Shown here piece by piece: positions 1 through 8,987 of a DNA stretch of 64,000 nucleotides. Every line of letters begins with the position of its first letter. Within the stretch, counting starts at the first letter, position 1. Made by a program: the position numbers and the translations under genes. The notes below the pieces were generated by a model that saw only the letters and a list, made by a program, of their open reading frames with translations, made no database searches and was not told the DNA's origin. The DNA comes from Planctomycetota bacterium (GTDB taxonomy: Bacteria > Planctomycetota > UBA1135 > UBA2386), in contig OZ245006.1 of the NCBI GenBank assembly GCA_965223545.1, positions 6,240,001 through 6,304,000 of the forward strand, given 5' to 3'.

Positions 1-175
1 CGCCATCGAACACCACGCTGGAGTCCTGCCAGCCCAGGTCGTCGACCAGGAAGACCACGATGTTGGGGCGGCCTTCGGCCGACGCTTGTGCCGCTGCGGT
101 CGCGGCTAGAGCGAGGGAGAGGAGGGAGGCCACGGCGCGTCTTCTCGTGCGCGGGGCGAGGTGGAAGCGAGGCAT
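1..175 (-). CDS. Sulfatase, N-terminal fragment (runs off the window edge)
   Basis: Own translation from ATG 175: MPRFHLAPRTRRRAVASLLSLALAATAAAQASAEGRPNIVVFLVDDLGWQDS. Signal peptide followed by the canonical PNIVxxxxDDLG sulfatase start motif. Confidence 0.85.
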   Translation of the reverse strand, partial: MPRFHLAPRTRRRAVASLLSLALAATAAAQASAEGRPNIVVFLVDDLGWQDSSVVFDG

Positions 176-250
176 CGACCGGCCGTTCTACCGCGGCTGG
201 CGGGTCGGATGACAGACGGCGGCGGGCAAGGGCTACATTGACGGTGTCCC

Positions 251-3247
251 ATGGCAACAGCGAAACGCTCGATCGTCGTCTCCGGCTTGCTCGCCCTTGG
301 TGGTGCGCTCGCCTTTCTGGTCTGGTCGGCGATGAGCGGTGAAGCGCCAGCTCCGGTGGTGCCGCCATCGATCGGTGCCTCCGAAGGGTCCGGCATGGTG
401 GCCACCGCGGAGCCGGAGATCGAGGGGTCGGGGGCCCGCGTCGCCGCGCCGGCCGCGGCCGCCGCCGGTTCGGCGGCGGGCGATCTGCACGCCGATCCGG
501 TGTACCGCGCGGGATTGTGCGGGTTCTATGGGCGCGTCGTGGACCACGCCGGCGCACCGGTGCCCGCGCTGCGGGTGTCGGTGTTTCGCTTTGCGCCCGA
601 TTCGCTGACTCCGGAACTGGTCGAAGGCGCCGAGGCGGCGCCGTTCGATGTCGATATCGACGCGGGCGAGACCGAGACCGGTGAGGACGGGCGGTTCGAG
701 CTGGCCGACATCGTGCCGCAGGGGTTCTACGCGGTCACGGCGGGCGTCGGCGCCGAGGTCTCGAAGACGGTGTTCCTCGACCAGACGCCGGGGCCGGGGC
801 AGCGCGTCGACGTCGGCGACATCGTCCTGGACAACACCGGCGTGATCGTCGGCCGGGTCGTCGACGACGACGGTGTCGGCATCGCCGGTGCGATCGTGCG
901 GGCGCTGGAGCTGCCGGCCGTGGCGAGTGCATTCGTGCCAGTCGAGCGGTTGCACCCCGAGGCAGTGGTGATTGTCGACGAAGCCAGCCAGCGCGCGGTG
1001 TTCGAGGTGCCGCGGTGGGTGCAGCACCGGTTCGAGCAGCTGCCGATCCCCACCGTCCTGAGCGGACCGGACGGAGCGTTCCGTTTGACCGGCGTGCCGG
1101 CGGGTACGCCCATGGTCGTGGCGTCGGTGCGCGCGCGGCTTGGCCACGTTCTGCAGCGCGTCAAGATCGAGGCCGAGACCGAGCGCGATGTCGGTGAGCT
1201 CCGGCTGCGCGAGGGCGACGAGGCCTGGGGGCGGGTGCTCGATACCCGTGGCGAGCCGGTCGTCGGCGCCGAGGTCGTCGTCGGTCAGGTGTTGAGTGTC
1301 GGACCGGTTGCCGTCGGTGAGCGCGCGGAACCGACCAACGAGAACGGCGAGTTCTCATTGACCGGTTTTCGCGGCGGCAAGGTGCTGGCGGCAGCCCGGC
1401 GCGGTCCGGGTGAGGCGTGGACCATCGGCGAGGCGGCGCCGGTCGCGCGGGACTTGATCATCCGCTTGCCGGCGGCCCACAGCCTCACCGTGCGGGTTAC
1501 GGACGCGGCGGGTGATCCGATCGAGAGCGCGCGCGTGCGGCTGTTGGCCGGTGCGTTGGCCACGTCGGGCGACGATGCGCTGGAGGCATACCGGTTCGGA
1601 GTGTTGCCGGAGGTGCCGCTCGACGAGCGTGCGACCCTGCTGTCGGACGGTGTCCTGCGCATCGACGACTTGGCGGCTGGTCCCTACTTGGTGTTCGCCT
1701 CGGCGGTGGGGCGCGAGGCCGCGTTCGAGACCGTCGAGCTCGACGGCGACCGCACGCAGAGCCTGCGTCTCGACGATGCGGTCCGGTGTCGGGTCGAGGT
1801 GGTCGATCGGCGCGGAGAGCCCGTGCGCAACGCCGCGATCTACGCCGAGAGCAAGGACAGCGAGGCGGCGCCGGACATGCCGCAGCGCCGCGGGCGCACC
1901 GATGCGTCGGGCAGCCTGGCGGTCGGCGATCTGGCCGCGGGCGAAGTCGAGCTGCACGCGCACCACCCGGCCTACGGCTGGGTCGGCGCGGAGGCGACGT
2001 TGCCCGCCGCCGAGGTCGTGCGCTTGGTGTTCGACGACCCCGGCGCGGTGCGTGGCACGGTGACGGACAGCGGTCGGCCGCCACAGATCGGCGAGTGGAT
2101 GGTGGTCTTGGCGCCGGAGTGGAGCGAGGGCGGCAACGATGTGGCGCTGCCCCGGCTCGCGGCGCCAGACGCGGACGGGGCCTTCGTGGTCACCGGTGTG
2201 CAGCCGGGCAAGTACCACGTGATGGCGGTGCCCTCGGTGCGCAGCGTGAGCTCACTCGGCTCGCTGATGGAGATGATGATGCTCAGCCGGATGAACAGCT
2301 CGCCCCGCATCGAGAGCGTGGATGTGACCGCGGGCGCGGAAAGCACCGTGCAGCTCGATGTCGCCGAGGAGCCGACGGTCATCGACGGTCCCTCGGCCAA
2401 CGTGAGCGGCACGATCACCATCAACGGCGAGCCAGGCGCCGATCTCATCGTGACCACTTGGGGGGGTGGTCGTTCCGCCGCCACCGCCGACGCGAATGGC
2501 TTCTTCGATCTCGGTCCGCAGCCGGCGGGGACGGTGCACCTGCGGGTCACGGACCCGAGCGCCGGTGTCGATTTCGGCGACGGCATCTACCAGCGCGAGA
2601 TCGAGCTGGCGGAGAGCAACGACCAGCACGTGCTGATCCAGCTCGACTACGGCGTGGTGGAGGGCTTCGTGCGGCAGGCCGACGGCAGCCGCGTGGCGCG
2701 GTGCGCGGTGAAGATCGAGGGACAGCTGATCGACGGCGGCAGGGCGGAGCGCATGGCGGCGGCCGACGACGATGGCGCATTTCGCATCGAAGGCGTCCCC
2801 GCTGGTCGATACGAGGCGAAGGCCGAGGGCGACGCCGGCAAAGGCTCGCTGGAGATCGACGTGGCTGCTGGTTCGATCACTGGAGTCGAACTCGTCTTGC
2901 AGCCCACCTACTCGGTGCGCGGCACGGTCGATTGGGCCGCGCTCGAGGGGCGGCCGGTCAGCTGGGGTTGGCTCGAGTTGCAGCGCGAAGACGGCGCCGA
3001 GGGCGGGGAGAGCGTCCACGTCGACGACGACGGCAGCTTCCTGGCGAAGGGCCTGCTACCCGGTCGCTATCGAGTCGAGGTCCGCGCCCAGGTCCGCAAG
3101 CCGGACGCCAAGGAGAAGTGGGACGTCGAGTCGATCGAGCTCGACGGCGGCGTGCTGCAGATCGACCGTGACCTGACCGGCGTCGTCCTCCGCCCAGAGC
3201 GAGTCGACGAATCCCCCGAAGAAGCCGAAGAAGACGGCGGGAACTGA
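251..3247 (+). CDS. Membrane-anchored protein with multiple carboxypeptidase-regulatory-like (CarboxypepD_reg) beta-sandwich repeats
   Basis: 998-aa ORF with an N-terminal TM segment and repeated GRVVD..G.P..GA.V / TD..G.F.L..L..G.Y motifs. Confidence 0.8.
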   Translation: MATAKRSIVVSGLLALGGALAFLVWSAMSGEAPAPVVPPSIGASEGSGMVATAEPEIEGSGARVAAPAAAAAGSAAGDLHADPVYRAGLCGFYGRVVDHAGAPVPALRVSVFRFAPDSLTPELVEGAEAAPFDVDIDAGETETGEDGRFELADIVPQGFYAVTAGVGAEVSKTVFLDQTPGPGQRVDVGDIVLDNTGVIVGRVVDDDGVGIAGAIVRALELPAVASAFVPVERLHPEAVVIVDEASQRAVFEVPRWVQHRFEQLPIPTVLSGPDGAFRLTGVPAGTPMVVASVRARLGHVLQRVKIEAETERDVGELRLREGDEAWGRVLDTRGEPVVGAEVVVGQVLSVGPVAVGERAEPTNENGEFSLTGFRGGKVLAAARRGPGEAWTIGEAAPVARDLIIRLPAAHSLTVRVTDAAGDPIESARVRLLAGALATSGDDALEAYRFGVLPEVPLDERATLLSDGVLRIDDLAAGPYLVFASAVGREAAFETVELDGDRTQSLRLDDAVRCRVEVVDRRGEPVRNAAIYAESKDSEAAPDMPQRRGRTDASGSLAVGDLAAGEVELHAHHPAYGWVGAEATLPAAEVVRLVFDDPGAVRGTVTDSGRPPQIGEWMVVLAPEWSEGGNDVALPRLAAPDADGAFVVTGVQPGKYHVMAVPSVRSVSSLGSLMEMMMLSRMNSSPRIESVDVTAGAESTVQLDVAEEPTVIDGPSANVSGTITINGEPGADLIVTTWGGGRSAATADANGFFDLGPQPAGTVHLRVTDPSAGVDFGDGIYQREIELAESNDQHVLIQLDYGVVEGFVRQADGSRVARCAVKIEGQLIDGGRAERMAAADDDGAFRIEGVPAGRYEAKAEGDAGKGSLEIDVAAGSITGVELVLQPTYSVRGTVDWAALEGRPVSWGWLELQREDGAEGGESVHVDDDGSFLAKGLLPGRYRVEVRAQVRKPDAKEKWDVESIELDGGVLQIDRDLTGVVLRPERVDESPEEAEEDGGN

Positions 3248-3345
3248 ACGTACGGAGCCAGGCTCCCATTCATCACTTCGCCGGCCGACGGCCGACGAAG
3301 CACCGCGAAGTGATGAATGGGAGCCTGGCTCCGTACGTTCAGTTC
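3241..3345. repeat. Perfect 41-bp inverted repeat with 23-nt loop between convergent genes
   Basis: GAACTGAACGTACGGAGCCAGGCTCCCATTCATCACTTCGC at 3241-3281 and its exact reverse complement at 3305-3345. Confidence 0.95.
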
Positions 3346-3943
3346 AGGGCTCGAGGGGGACGTTCCAGTAGCGCTCGGAGACGAACTTCTCCCACGACTG
3401 GCGCACGCGGCCGACCGCGACACCCAGGGACGGCGACCACTTGGGGCGCTCCGGCGGCTTGGCGAGCCGCAGGCCGGCTTCCAGAGGGGTGCGGTCCGCC
3501 TTGCGACGGTTGCACTGGACGCAGGCGAGCACGCAGTTCTCCCAGGTGCTGCGGCCCCCGCGCGAGCGCGGTAGCACGTGATCGATGGTGAGCTCGTTGG
3601 TTCCCGGCTTGCGCCCGCAGTACTGGCAGGTGTTGCGGTCGCGTCGGTACAGGTTGCGCCGGGTGAACACGACGGTCTGCGACGGCACCCGGTCGTAGCG
3701 CGTCAGCACGATCACCTCGGGGATGCGCAGGCGCAGCGTCACGGTGCGCACGCACGGTTCTTCCGGTGGAATCGCCAGGTCGGCCCAGGACTCGAAGCCG
3801 TGCGCTTCGTAGGTCTCGGGCACGATGGCCTTGGCGGCGCCCGAGTACACCAGGCGCAGCGCGTCCCGCACCGAGGTTGTCGCGATCGCCAGCCAAGATC
3901 GGTTGAGCACCAAGGTCGGTTGTGCCAACACGTTGACTGTCAT
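3344..3943 (-). CDS. HNH endonuclease (McrA-like, stand-alone)
   Basis: RD..TCQYCG, TIDHVLPRSRGG..TWENCVLACVQCN..K motifs and an N-terminal LVLN..W. Start chosen at ATG 3943. Confidence 0.9.
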   Translation of the reverse strand: MTVNVLAQPTLVLNRSWLAIATTSVRDALRLVYSGAAKAIVPETYEAHGFESWADLAIPPEEPCVRTVTLRLRIPEVIVLTRYDRVPSQTVVFTRRNLYRRDRNTCQYCGRKPGTNELTIDHVLPRSRGGRSTWENCVLACVQCNRRKADRTPLEAGLRLAKPPERPKWSPSLGVAVGRVRQSWEKFVSERYWNVPLEP

Positions 3944-4086
3944 GACGATACGATAACGGTTCCCAAGAGAGTTCATCGGCGCCTGGGCCGCTCCGAGAGA
4001 GTCGAAAACGGAAAGGCCCGATGCCAGCGCGGCGTTGCGCGTCGAGATCGCGGTTGCGCCGCCGGTCACGGTATCATGTTTCCACG

Positions 4087-5499
4087 GTGGGCGACACGGC
4101 GAGCAGAGCGGGGTTGGTGCGGTGCTTGGCCGCCTGCGCGCTCGCCGTAGGTGCGGTGAACGCGCAGGCGGCGTTCGCCGGTGTGCGTTCGCTCGAGCGG
4201 GGCGAATGGTTGATCGGCGCCGGCCCAGCGGCCGACTCGGGCCGCGAGGTCCTGCTGGTGCCGACCAACGCGCGCGACCTGGGCGCGACCCTGGTCTACC
4301 TCGCCGAGCTGCAGCAACGCTTCGCCGACACGATCGACGTCGTCGCGGTGGTTCCCCATTCGATCCCCGCCGATGGCTTGGCGGCGGCGCGCGCCGCCAT
4401 CGGTGACGCCCGGATCGCCGTCACGCTGCAGCCGGAGCTGCACCGCGCGGTCTCGGGTGCGGTCTCGCTGCTCGCCGCCGATGGCGAGCCGCTGTGGACG
4501 GGGGACGTCTCCTCGGGCTTGGTGGGGTTGTTGCGCCGCTGGCAGCAAGACGAGGACCGCGGCGTCCTGCGCGCGCTCGCCGGCGACGAGCGGCTGCGGC
4601 TCGAAGAGCTCGGCGAGCTCGAGGATCACGACACCGCGTCGCTCCGCGCCGCGGCGCGCCAGGCCCTGGCGCGCAACGATGGCAATCCCGACGCCTGGCT
4701 GCTCGAGCTCATCGTCGCCGTCGAGCGAATGGGTGACCTCGAACGCGCGCGGCACGTCGCCGACCGCGCCCTGCGCCAGCTCGCGCTCGACGGCAAGGCC
4801 GTGATCCGTTTCGTCGACAAGCTGCTGCGCACCGTGCCCGACGACGCCGTGATCCTGCAGAGCTGTCTGATGGCGCTGGTGCCGGTGGCGCCCGCCCTGG
4901 CCGGCGATTTCGACGCACAGCTGGTCTATCTGGCCGCGCTGAGCGGCGTCGGTCGGGTGCGCGAGGCCCGCATCCTGGTCGAGCGGCTGGTCGGCATGGC
5001 GCCGCGGTGGCCCTCGGGGCACGTTCGGCTGGCCGAAGCTCTGACCTTCGGCTCGTTGGCGCCCGAGTTCGCCGCGACCGCGCGGGCACAGCTCGAGCTG
5101 GCGGCGCAGCGCGACCCCGGTCCCGACCACTTGTTGGTCGAGTACCGGGTCCGCCGGCACTGCGAGCGCGACATGGCGGCGGCGGACGCGGTGCTCGACC
5201 GCTTCGTGCAGACTCTCGGCGGCCTGCCGGCGCTCAACAACACGGTTTGGTTCATGGTCACCCAAGAGCCGCGCCGCGGTCGGTTCCGCGCGGCGGCGGC
5301 GGCGCTCGCGCAACGCATGCTCGAATCCCGGCAGATCGACGGCGCGGAACTCGACACGATCGCGCTCGCGTTCTTTCTCGACGGCCGCGTCGAGGACGCG
5401 GTCGAGCTGCAGATCCGGGCCGTCGAGCTCACCAGCCAGACCACTTATCGCGCCCGCTTACAGCGCTACCAGCAGGTGCTCGAACGACAGCGGCGCTGA
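4087..5499 (+). CDS. Secreted protein: degenerate TlpA/thioredoxin-like N-terminal domain plus C-terminal TPR-like helices
   Basis: Signal-like ACALAVGAVNAQA; YLAELQQRFADTIDVVAV resembles a TlpA helix-strand; LDTIALAFFLDGRVEDAVELQIRAVEL is TPR-like. GTG start inferred. Confidence 0.55.
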   Translation: MGDTASRAGLVRCLAACALAVGAVNAQAAFAGVRSLERGEWLIGAGPAADSGREVLLVPTNARDLGATLVYLAELQQRFADTIDVVAVVPHSIPADGLAAARAAIGDARIAVTLQPELHRAVSGAVSLLAADGEPLWTGDVSSGLVGLLRRWQQDEDRGVLRALAGDERLRLEELGELEDHDTASLRAAARQALARNDGNPDAWLLELIVAVERMGDLERARHVADRALRQLALDGKAVIRFVDKLLRTVPDDAVILQSCLMALVPVAPALAGDFDAQLVYLAALSGVGRVREARILVERLVGMAPRWPSGHVRLAEALTFGSLAPEFAATARAQLELAAQRDPGPDHLLVEYRVRRHCERDMAAADAVLDRFVQTLGGLPALNNTVWFMVTQEPRRGRFRAAAAALAQRMLESRQIDGAELDTIALAFFLDGRVEDAVELQIRAVELTSQTTYRARLQRYQQVLERQRR

Positions 5500-5590
5500 G
5501 CCGGGTCGCCGCTGCGCAGCGAATGTTTTGCCATTGGCCGCGTAGCGCTACGATGCCGCCGTTGCTCTCCCCAAGCCCGTTGGAGGCGCC

Positions 5591-6064
5591 GTGACCCGAC
5601 TGTTCGGAATCCTGTTCATGCTCATCTTGCTTGCCGCCGGCGTCGGCTATTGTCGCGGTTGGTACACGGTGGAGGCGGCCGACGGATCGCTGACGCTGTC
5701 GCTCGACAAGGACCGGGTCAAGAACGACACCGCCAAGGCGACCGAGGCGATCGGCAACCTGTCGCGGACCGCCGCCGAGCGGATCCGCAATCTGGCGCGT
5801 CGGGTCGGCGACGGCTACTCCGAGCTGCAGGGCAACTTGGTCGCGGTCGATCCCGTCCAGCGCTCGGTCGAGATCGAGGCATCGGGCGAGGCGGTGCCGC
5901 TGGTCGTGCCCGCCGGGGTGCCGCTGATACTGAACGGTGCCGAGGTCGAGCTCGACGCGCTCCGCGACGGTGATGTGCTCACCGTGCAACTGGAGAGGGT
6001 CGCGGGTGCGGACGGCGCGGACGAGACCTTCGAGATCCGGCGCGTCCAGGTCGAGCGCCACTGA
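5591..6064 (+). CDS. Hypothetical membrane-anchored protein
   Basis: GGAGG RBS, N-terminal hydrophobic helix followed by YCRGWY, beta-rich C-terminal half. Confidence 0.75.
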   Translation: MTRLFGILFMLILLAAGVGYCRGWYTVEAADGSLTLSLDKDRVKNDTAKATEAIGNLSRTAAERIRNLARRVGDGYSELQGNLVAVDPVQRSVEIEASGEAVPLVVPAGVPLILNGAEVELDALRDGDVLTVQLERVAGADGADETFEIRRVQVERH

Positions 6065-6094
6065 TCGCCGGCCGCCGGCGGACGCGGCGAGAGG

Positions 6095-6292
6095 GATAAG
6101 GTGAGGCGCGACCCCGCTCGCTTTCGGCGACGAGCGGTGGCCGCGCCTCGGGGCCCTTCAGCACACGCGGTGCAGGGATTGTGCCGGCCGTCTGCGAGCG
6201 TGCCGGCGGTGCGTGTGCGCCGCCTCGGGGACGAGCGTCGGGGACGGATGCAGTCTCCAGGGGTCTGAGGCGGTCGAACGGAGGGCCACGCT
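6095..6292 (-). ncRNA. Candidate structured small RNA (alternatively a 43-aa leaderless peptide plus terminator)
   Basis: Lies downstream of the promoter above; three-way junction of stems plus a long terminal hairpin (6103-6149). No match to an RNA family I recognise. Confidence 0.35.
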
Positions 6293-6298
6293 GACTCG

Positions 6299-6327
6299 AG
6301 GATAATCACCCGGGCATGCCGATGCAA
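6299..6327 (-). promoter_or_regulatory. Sigma70-type promoter TTGCAT-N17-TATCCT pointing into the intergenic region
   Basis: Minus strand: -35 box at 6327-6322, -10 box at 6304-6299, exactly 17 nt apart. Confidence 0.55.
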
Positions 6328-6382
6328 TCCGTTGTCCTCGGGAGGCCAACGCGTTGCCGCACATTGCGAGGGTCGAAAGGCG

Positions 6383-7465
6383 TCAGCGTCGCGGCTTCTG
6401 GGGGCGCGGCACCGAGGGGCGGGACGTCGGGGCGGCGTTTGGCGGCTCTTCTCGGTCCGGTTCCGCTTCCCCTCCCTTCGCCGCGGCGCGCGCTCGCTGG
6501 CGCTCGGCCTGCCGCTTTTGGCTCTGCATGTAGCCCTCGGTGCCGAACTGGACGCCGCGGCCGAGTTTGGCGTTGTTGTCGTAGTAGTCGCGGCCGTAGT
6601 CGGCGAATGCCTCGACGTCGAAGCGCTGGAACGGCACGAACGGCCGTTCCGCCAGCCGTTCGTGCACGAGCTGGTTGATCGGCTTGAGGGTATCGCCGGT
6701 CGTGCCCTGCGCGGTGGATAGGAACGTGTCGCGGGGCTCCCGCTCGCGCCGCTCCCGCTCCGCCGCCGCGTCGAACCCCTGCCACGTGCTGCGCGCGAAG
6801 GTGGCGGGTCCGTGCGTGCGCAGGGCGGCCAATTGCAGCCGGGAGTACATCTCCCGCTTGGCGGAGGCGCCGCGCGAGCGATCGCGCCACAACGCGTGCA
6901 ACGTCGTCGCCAGCTCGAGCTCCTGCGCCAAGTCGTCGGGATGCCAGAACCCCGGCAGTGCGTGCAGCACGACGCCCGACGCCGACAAGACGAAGATCTG
7001 CACGTTGCGCGCGCCGGCACCGTTGGTGGTGCCGACCGCGGGCTGGTCACAGGTGTAGCCGTGTGAGCGACCGACGTAGTCCTCGCGGGCGATGTTGTGC
7101 CAGCCGGCGACGAAGTCGCGCGCCAGCAGCGACCGCACGCGTTCGTCGGCGAGGGCGACCGCCCTCAAGCTCTGGCCCGCGCTTCAGAGGAAGCCGTCGA
7201 TGTCGCCGAGCGCCTGGATCCAGAGGACCGGCTTGCCCTGTGCCCGGCCGGCCGACAGCGCCGCGCCCAGCGAGCGGTACCAGCGCACGTCCTCGAGCAG
7301 GCCGTCGACGGCGGCGCGCACCTGCTCGCCGTTCAGCTGGAGCTTGCGGAAGGCTCTTGCCTCACGCGCCGCACGGCGCACCGCAGCCGCGTCCTGCGCA
7401 AAGGCGGTCGTCGGTAGAAGGGGCAGGAGCGCGGCAGCAGCCGCGACGATGCGGGAGGTGGCCAT
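6383..7465 (-). CDS. Putative secreted selenoprotein, SelN(SELENON)-like thioredoxin fold, with in-frame UGA (Sec) at 7184-7186
   Basis: ORFs 7184..7516 and 6383..7168 share a frame and are joined as GKPVLWIQALGDIDGFL-U-SAGQSLRAVALADERVRSLLARDFVAGW. Signal peptide MATSRIVAAAAALLPLLPTTAFAQ; SECIS-like hairpin after the UGA. Confidence 0.75.
7151..7166 (-). promoter_or_regulatory. Bacterial SECIS-like hairpin
   Basis: mRNA reads UGA-N17-GAGGGC-GGUC-GCCCUC; the apical GGUC loop starts 23 nt after the UGA. Confidence 0.7.
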
Positions 7466-7582
7466 CGGCAAAACGCGCCTTGGCGGCGGATCGGTCCGGG
7501 GCGGAGCCCGGATCATACATCGGCGGTGGAGCCGCCGGCAGTACCGCCGATCATCTTGCCGGCCGTTCGCCGGTTTGCGGCG

Positions 7583-7936
7583 TCACTCCGATCGCAGCAG
7601 AGTGCAGGGCAAGAACTCTTCGAGGAACTGCTGGGTCGGGCCGGTGTTCGGATCGAACTCGACGCCGACGTCCCAGAGGCCGTTGTCGGTCGGCTCGGCG
7701 CGCCGGACCTCGACGCGCATGTTGTGCAGCTGATTGCCGGCGGCCACCCGCAGCACCACGCTCTCGCCGACGAAGAACCGGTTGGGTGTGCGGATGCCGA
7801 GGCCGCGGACCGACACGTTGGACACGATGCCCAGCGCGTGGTCCTCGGAGTCCGGCCGCTCGGCCGAGATCCGGGCAAAGGTCTGCTTCTCGAAGCGCTC
7901 GTCGCGCCGCCGGTCGTCGATGTGCTGAGCGTCCAT
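7583..7936 (-). CDS. PilZ domain protein (c-di-GMP receptor)
   Basis: RRDER (RxxxR) and NVSVRG (D/NxSxxG) motifs, C-terminal VGVEF. Confidence 0.85.
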   Translation of the reverse strand: MDAQHIDDRRRDERFEKQTFARISAERPDSEDHALGIVSNVSVRGLGIRTPNRFFVGESVVLRVAAGNQLHNMRVEVRRAEPTDNGLWDVGVEFDPNTGPTQQFLEEFLPCTLLRSE

Positions 7937-8189
7937 GATGTGAACTCTTGTCTTCGCGTTCTGCCGGCGGCATCGGAAGCCGCGCAGCGGAGCTTGAGTG
8001 GGGCCGGAGGGTGAGCGGTCAAGGCGGCGCGGGCACACGGCACCGCGACGATGGGTGGCGATGCGCGAACTCCCGCTGGCGCCGGGCCGGTGCGCCACGA
8101 GCGGATGGCCACTGCCCTAAGACGCGCGCCTGCGCGGGACTGTCTCGCTTCGAGAAAGCCGAAGCTCGACGATTCGTGGCGCCGGACGC

Positions 8190-8984
8190 TCAGCCCAGCT
8201 GCGCCTTGGCCTGCGCGACGCTCTGCTTGAGCGCTTCCATCAGGTTGAGGATCTTGGGCTCCTCGGGGTCGGCGACTTCGATCACCTCTTGGCCATCGAC
8301 CTTGGCCTGGATCAGCTCGGTGAGCCGCTCGACGTAGGTGTCCTCGTAGCGGCCGATGTCGAAGTCCTCGATCCGGGTTGCTTCGATCAGCGTCTTGGTC
8401 AGCTGCAGCTCGTGGTCGGGTAGCTCTTGTTCGGCGAGCTCCTCGACGAACGTCTGCGGCTGCTTGACCTTGGCCTTGTGCACCAGCACGACCATGGTCA
8501 GCAGCTTGCCGGCGGGCCGGATGGCGACCAGTTGCTCGCGTCCCGAGATCACGACTTGCGCGATGGCCTCGACGCCGGCATCGACCATCGCTTGCAGGAG
8601 CAGCGCGTAGGGCTTCTGTCCGACCGCACCGTCGGGCAGAAGATAGTAGAAGCGGCCGGAGCGGTAGATCTCGTCGATCCCACCGCGGTCGACGAAGCCG
8701 TCGATGCGGACCGAGTTGTCGCGTTCGGGCCGGAGCTTCTGCAACTCGTCGAGGTCGACGCGCACGTACTGGCCCTTGGCGTACTCGTAGCCACTGACGA
8801 TCTGGTCGCTCTCGAGCGCGCCGTGCTCCGGGCACGACTTCTGGTACTTGACCCGCTGGTTGCAGTCGGCGTGCAGCTGGTTGAGTCGGATGTCACTGCC
8901 CGACGTGGTCGCCGTGTAGCCGCGCACGGGCACGGTGACCAAGCTCAGGCGCAAGAATCCCTTCCACGTCGGTCGCGGTGCCAT
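8190..8984 (-). CDS. ku: Non-homologous end-joining protein Ku
   Basis: RPTWKGFLRLSLVTVPV, LNQLH..C..RVKY, IVSGYEYAKGQYV, YEDTY, NLMEALKQS. Confidence 0.95.
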   Translation of the reverse strand: MAPRPTWKGFLRLSLVTVPVRGYTATTSGSDIRLNQLHADCNQRVKYQKSCPEHGALESDQIVSGYEYAKGQYVRVDLDELQKLRPERDNSVRIDGFVDRGGIDEIYRSGRFYYLLPDGAVGQKPYALLLQAMVDAGVEAIAQVVISGREQLVAIRPAGKLLTMVVLVHKAKVKQPQTFVEELAEQELPDHELQLTKTLIEATRIEDFDIGRYEDTYVERLTELIQAKVDGQEVIEVADPEEPKILNLMEALKQSVAQAKAQLG

Positions 8985-8987
8985 CGG

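Noticed and set aside
7184..7186. Nonsense mutation (pseudogene) or an alternative genetic code
   Set aside because: TGA serves as a normal stop in most genes here. Its active-site position and the SECIS-like hairpin favour Sec over decay, though this is unproven.
3344..8984. Prophage or defence island suggested by HNH plus Ku
   Set aside because: No integrase, structural, methylase or other defence genes, and the neighbours are ordinary chromosomal genes.
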